Assembly: GCF_004010195.1 (NCBI RefSeq)
Contig: NC_057718.1
Span: forward strand, 43,842,280 to 43,880,649
Reading direction: 5' to 3'
DNA length: 38,370 nt
Source of the DNA: Chiloscyllium plagiosum
Taxonomy: Eukaryota
Positions within the stretch are counted from its first letter, which is position 1, and every line of letters begins with the position of its first letter. The notes below the pieces were generated by a model, which was not told the DNA's origin, ran no database searches, and saw only the letters and a program-made list of their open reading frames with translations. Shown here piece by piece: positions 33,831 to 38,370 of this stretch. Both the position numbers and the translations under genes were made by a program.

Positions 33831-34199
33831 GATAATAGAAGAGTAGAATGTAGTACACTTAAAACTAAAAAATGACGACACAATTTCTAAAAAAATATAG
33901 TGGGAAGGAATAAAATAGCAAGAATTACATTGGAGAACTTCTTCCTTCCTGTTCCACCACTGGGGAAGTTTCCAAGCATTGGGCAAGAATCAGACAGCAA
34001 GGCAAATCAGTTGTCTACTCCATGGAGGCAAGCATTTGAACTGCATAATTGAGGGTCAATTACAATCCAATTTATGAGATCTCGAGCAGTTTGGCAATGG
34101 CAGCACCTGGTCACATGGAGAGACCACCAACTCTATGGAAGTGGCTTCCCTGAGTTAGCACAGCGAACCATCCAACCTGGGAATCCATTACCAAAAGAG

Positions 34200-35140
34200 G
34201 AGATTTCAGGGACAAAAACCAGTCCCTACAACAGAGTACAAATGCTTAAGTAATGTTCAGAGGTAAGGTTGATAGATTCAAGTGTAACCGATGTAGAAAA
34301 GCAAGGCATTATGATTTTCTTAGCAATTGCGAGTGAAGGTCTACATGAACTTATTGCTTAAGCATTAACATCCAAGTAGAGAAAAGATCCCCCAAAAGAT
34401 TTGGATCACATTAGAAGACCGATTCAGTATCAGATTAAACTTCTATAATCATCAAATATAACTCATGTCGGTTAAATATAAATGTCCAGAATCCATAGGC
34501 CTCTTCATGAACAGATGATGAGAAAAGAACACACTTCTGGTTTTCAGATGGTTTTCTGGTTTTCAAAATTGTTGAGTTGGTTCTTGCATCCATCCCAATG
34601 GCAACTTCCCAAAAAGATTTGCCAGACAAACCAAAGAATGGAAATAAGTGCAAAGTGATTCTTACAGGTCAATAAAGCCTACAGGGCCTAATCACAAACT
34701 TTATGTTGACACAATGATGCCTAAACTGAGCCAAGAATGTGGATGGGACAGCCTTCTGCATGCACCAAGGAAATAAGTGATGAACACAGGTTTCACATTG
34801 TCAATTTTGAGATAAACATCAGTGTCATCACACCAGTGTTTACAAAAATTGATATTATCTGTCCTTAAAAAACTGCTCCTTGTATTAATGAAGATTGATA
34901 CAAGGTATATGCCAATACAGTACACCTGCAAGTTCAAAAAAGATGTACCCATTGATATGGAAAGACTTGAACAAGCCTATGAATGTAAAACCTTTTGCAC
35001 AAATCAGTTCACCAATTCCATGTGTGGGATCAATAATCCTGGAATGCTAGAACAATCAATCTGCCTGGACATCTCAGATGTTCTACATCATAAATATGGC
35101 TGGATCAGAAATTGCATGTATACCAGCATGCTGTGACCTC
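34200..35140 (+). mobile_element. Degenerate Gypsy-like gag/protease remnant
   Basis: KQGIMIFLAIASEGL, KIW..LEDRF, IVELVLASIP, MKIDT (D-T-G protease-like), ICLD motifs. Confidence 0.5.
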
Positions 35141-36441
35141 TTAGTAGTCACAATCCATGGAATCAAGACCAAAATCAGAGACAAAACGCAAACTGTGATG
35201 TAATATTAAACAAACACTTGAAGAACTGAATCTGAAAAAAGAACAGAAAATGTCACTTTCTTCTAAATTTAGAGAGAAAAAAATTTCAGATCTCTGTTTT
35301 GGAGAGAAATGTGAATGTTCAAGAGGGAAACGCCGAACTACTAAATCAAGATAAATACAAACTTGAAATATTATCTCTGAGCTTATAAGGTATTTAGGGG
35401 ATACCTCTGCTCAGTTCATAATGATAAATGAACATCTGAAAGAGAAAATATAAAGGATGAACTATCAGGGTGAACTAGAAGTTTTGTGTTAGAAATACAT
35501 TTAAAATATTGCCAGTTTATGGAAATACCTGGATCAATTTATGAATTAAACAGATCAGATTCAGCAGGAGCAGCTACAAAAGCGTCACCTTGAACTAAAA
35601 GCAATTATGGAAAAATGGCAAATCAGTAAATGTCACTTGTGAGACTGTCCATTAAAAGGAAGTAAAAAGAACTTAAACAACACCTAGAGGAAATTTAAAA
35701 ATACCAGTGAGTCAGCAAGTGGAAGTGGTCCAGATCTAAAAAAAACAGAGAAGGAAAAAAGGTTGGAAAGGCTTGATAGTGATTAAAGGAGTTTATGAAA
35801 GAGAAACATATGCTGGACCAACAAAAGGCTAAATCTTTGACAACAGAAGAATTCAGTGTGTAAAACCAGAAGTTTCAGTATAACAGTCTTAATAATTAGA
35901 ACAGTAAGTGCCAAGATGATGTCAACCACTTGGATTCCCATTTAGGAATTAGATCAGTCAGTGGCTGGTGTAGAACAAACGTTGAGTGTTGTGTGTCAGA
36001 ATAGGAAAATTCTGGAACAGCGGCAGCAGTCAATGAAAGAAATGCTTGATAACCCAAATAGGAGTGACTCATAACATTGCTGATAATTGTGCACATTAAA
36101 GACACCGCCAAACAAAATCAACATCATGATATCTGGATGTGTCAGCCCATTATCTCCACATTGCAGAGACTCATAGGCTCACTTGTTACTGCAGTTAACC
36201 TTTACTTTAAGAAGGATTTTACCTTCAAAATGGTTCACTTTTAAGGACTTGTGCTGTGTATATACACCTCACACGATTAGCACTGTTTTAAGCCTTACAC
36301 CGAGAACTCATGATCTAACACCTTTAAAATGGGGCAAACTATTCAGCCTTGGCAACAACGCCACCAGAAAAGGTTATGCTGCACTGACGTGTTTCTCCCT
36401 CTCTATATAGGGCAAGGTGGCACAAACCAAAGGCAGGAGGA

Positions 36442-36738
36442 GATTAGATTACCTACAGTGTGGAAACAGGCCCTTCAGCCCAACAAGTCCACACCGACCC
36501 GCCGAAGCGCAACCCACCCAGACCCATTCCCCTACACCTAACACTACAGGCAATTTAGCATGGACTTTCACCTAACCTGCACATTTTTGGACTGTGGGAG
36601 GCAACCGGAGCACCCAGAAGAAACCCACGCAGACACAGGGAGAATGTGCAAACTCCACAAGGTCAGTCGCCTGAGGCGGGAATTGAACCTGGGTCTCTAG
36701 CGCTGTGAGGCAGCAGTGCTAATCACTGTGCTGCCCAC
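36442..36738 (-). mobile_element. HE1-type V-SINE
   Basis: Reverse complement of the 28993-29287 family; attagattac tail. Confidence 0.9.
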
Positions 36739-36773
36739 AAAAGAACAGAATTTGTTCAACTGATTACTTTAAT

Positions 36774-37048
36774 GATTAGATTACCTATCGTGTGAAAGCA
36801 GGTCCTTTGGCAAGTCCACACCAACCCTCCGAAGTGCAACCCACCCAGACCCATTCCCCTGCACCTAACACAACAGGCAATTTAGCATGGCCAACTTACT
36901 AACTGCAAATCATTTGGACTGTGGTAGGAAACCCATGCAGATATGGGGAGAATGTGCAAACTCTACACAGGCAGTTGTCCAAGGCAGGAATTGAACCTGG
37001 GTCCCTGGTGTTGTGAAGCAGCAGTGCTAACCACTGAGCCACCGTGCT
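36774..37048 (-). mobile_element. HE1-type V-SINE, second tandem copy
   Basis: As above; box A/B in 36985-37045. Confidence 0.9.
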
Positions 37049-37138
37049 AATAAATCTAATGAAAAACGTGGACAGGGTTAGAGGTGAGGTGCAGGGACTA
37101 GCCCCGATGGAGGAGATGGTAGTCCTCATTATTGGAGT

Positions 37139-37251
37139 AGAAAGTGAGGACTGCAGATGCTGGAGAAGAAGGACTCATGCCCGAAATGTCGATTCTCCTG
37201 CTCCTTGGATGCTGCCTGACCTGCTGCGCTTTTCCAGCAACACATTTTCAG
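37139..37251 (+). mobile_element. Family A PLE derivative lacking the left arm
   Basis: 14-bp TSD ctcattattggagt (37125-37138, 37252-37265). Confidence 0.8.
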
Positions 37252-37619
37252 CTCATTATTGGAGTGCCAATAGCTGAGGCTGGGACTGGAGCAGGGGGTT
37301 GGAAACCACGTGGAATTATATTTCAATAACTGCTTTTGTGCAGCCAAGGAAAAGGAAGGAAATACAAATTTATGATGATGACAGCTGGAGTTCTCTCCTC
37401 ACCTGTTTATCTCTTCATCTCAGAATAAAAAGCCTAGTGAAAAAGTAATCTGAGGAAATAACTTTTCTCTGAGAACTCTAGAATATCTACATGTCTTCCT
37501 ACTGCTGAGGATTTCAAGGTACAATTAACAATTGTGGTCTCAGGTTAAGAATCTAACAGCTTGAGGATTGGTTAACTGCATAACCTTTATTTTCCTGTCT
37601 GTATCAGGCACACTCCTTT

Positions 37620-38370
37620 TAGAGTCATAGTGTCATAGAGATGTACAGCATGGAAACAGAACCTTTGTCCAACCCGTCCATGCCGACCAGATATCCCAAC
37701 CCAATCTAGTCCCAACTGCCAGCACCCGGCCCATATCCCTCCAAACCCTTCCTATTCATATACCCATCCAGATGCCTCTTAAATGTTGCAATTGTACTGG
37801 CCTCCACCACGTCCTCTGGCAGCTCATTCCATACATCTACCACCCTCTGTGTGAAAACGTTGCCCCCTAGGTCTCTTTTATATCTTTCCCCCTCACCCTA
37901 AACGTATGCCCACTAGTTATGGACTCCCTGAGCCCAGGGTAAAGACTTTGTCTATTTATCCTATCCATGCCCCTCATAATTTTTTAAACCTCTAAAAGGT
38001 CACCCTTCAGCCTCCAACACCCCAGGGAAAACAGCCCCAGCCTGTTCAGCCTCTCCCGATAGCTCAAATCCTCCAACCCAGGCAACATCCTTGTAAATCT
38101 TTTCTGAACCCTTTCAAGTTTCATGACATCCTTCCGATAGGAAGGAAGGAGACCAGAATTGCACGCAATATTCCAACAGTGGCCTAACCAATGTCCTGTA
38201 CAGCTGCAACATGACCTCCCAACTCCTGCACTCGATACTCCGACCAATAAAAGAAAGCATACAAAATGCCTTCTTCACTATCCTATCTACCTACGACTCC
38301 ACTTTCAAGGAGCTATGAACCTGCACTCCAAGGTCTCTTTGTTCAGTAACACTCCCTAGGACTTTACCAT
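37620..38370 (-). mobile_element. CR1 3' fragment running off the window end
   Basis: LERVQKRFTRMLPGLEDLSYRERLNRLGLFSL; tail agagtcatagtgtcatagag. Confidence 0.97.

Larger units (their letters stand above)
1044..37320 (+). pseudogene. USH2A: Decayed usherin (USH2A)-like gene, FN3-repeat region, homologues of human exons ~33-42; probably extends beyond the window
   Basis: About ten separate unique-sequence segments translate, through stops and frameshifts, into peptides matching consecutive human usherin segments in the correct order and strand. Several start at the expected splice phase. Human sequence recalled from memory; ortholog vs paralog unresolved. Confidence 0.85.
36195..37320 (+). 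pseudogene. USH2A-like pseudoexon (exon 42-like), split by two HE1 SINEs and one PLE derivative
   Basis: ctgcag acceptor; LQNGSLL vs IQNGDIL; STVLSLTPRTHDLTPL vs SAVLSQKVTHLIPF; GY..CTDVFLPLYI vs GYLGGCTESLPTYV; QGLAPM, VPIAE, WKP vs QNVGPL, IPLSE, WQP. Confidence 0.8.

Overview
Eukaryotic genomic DNA, almost certainly elasmobranch (shark), inferred from HE1-type V-SINEs and very abundant CR1-clade LINEs. I found no intact protein-coding gene. Most of the window is nested, decayed mobile elements: CR1, Rex1/Babar and Tx1 LINEs, Gypsy LTR elements, a Penelope-like element (PLE) with hairpin-shaped non-autonomous derivatives, HE1/Deu SINEs and a Harbinger transposon. Three things stand out. (1) The unique DNA between the repeats holds about ten colinear, + strand, stop- and frameshift-ridden pseudoexons resembling FN3-repeat exons ~33-42 of usherin (USH2A), so a dead USH2A-like gene spans the window. 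(2) A 4-kb cluster (6062-10021) has Tx1-LINE 3' ends stacked repeatedly at one 14-nt site (TGTAACCAGGAGAT) inside a short LTR. (3) Three families of fold-back PLE derivatives carry minimal hammerhead ribozyme cores and 12-16 bp TSDs. All protein comparisons were made by eye against sequences recalled from memory; no searches were run, and boundaries of old elements are approximate.
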